Of a stretch of DNA of 64,000 bases, positions 63,661 to 64,000 are shown piece after piece. Below the pieces are notes generated by a model. That model searched no databases and was not told where the DNA came from. It saw only the letters and a list, made by a program, of their open reading frames with translations. The DNA is from Octopus sinensis (Eukaryota): contig NC_043000.1 in the NCBI RefSeq assembly GCF_006345805.1, forward strand, positions 64,356,001 to 64,420,000, read 5' to 3'. The number at the start of each line of letters is the position of its first letter. The first letter of the stretch is position 1. A program made the position numbers and the translations under genes.

Positions 63661-64000
63661 TCACCATTTCAACACCCAGTAGAAATCAACATGATACAGG
63701 TTAACTATTTTTTAATATTCAGATGACTTTCAGTCCTCAATGTCAGCTAACTTTAACTCAGCTACAACCTAGAGTTTTCTAATGCTATTGACTCTTCACC
63801 AATTCATCAAGCTGTTCCTGGAAAAGGAAACATCAAAAATTGTCGAATTTAGTCCGAAAACACTGCGTATATATACACACGATGGGCTTCTTTCAGTTTC
63901 TGTCTACAAAATCTACTAAGTGATGCTTTACTGGCCCAGGGCCATAGTAGAATACACTTGCCCAAAGTGCCATGCATTAGGGCTGAACCTGAAGTTGTGT

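Overview
This is an AT-rich, microsatellite- and transposon-dense animal window, probably an octopus or other cephalopod (inferred from the repeat families and proteins, not verified). It holds two host genes. (1) The last 8 coding exons of mitochondrial uncoupling protein 4 (UCP4/SLC25A27, + strand, 4758-24288) splice by hand into one open frame with GT-AG introns. (2) A convergent single-ORF DUF229/alkaline-phosphatase-like gene lies on the - strand (35040-37355). The main signal is a system of self-cleaving RNA elements. I read about a dozen type I hammerhead ribozyme (HHR) motifs from several sequence families, most with a self-complementary stem III and several with a long stem II. Two sit in the near-identical direct repeats of a nearly intact Penelope-like (Naiad-type RT + GIY-YIG) retroelement in a UCP4 intron (8574-13995). 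Four sit in a non-coding array of 530-nt tandem units folded into a 764-bp palindrome (42265-44040), a retrozyme-like element; a 145-bp copy with the same two termini lies next to it. Others occur in short solo elements. These insertions share an inverted-end architecture and mostly sit in (TA)n tracts. The rest comprises RTE LINE fragments, tRNA-derived SINEs, Tc1/mariner remnants, a foldback MITE, a probable solo LTR and simple repeats. All folds and alignments were done by eye.
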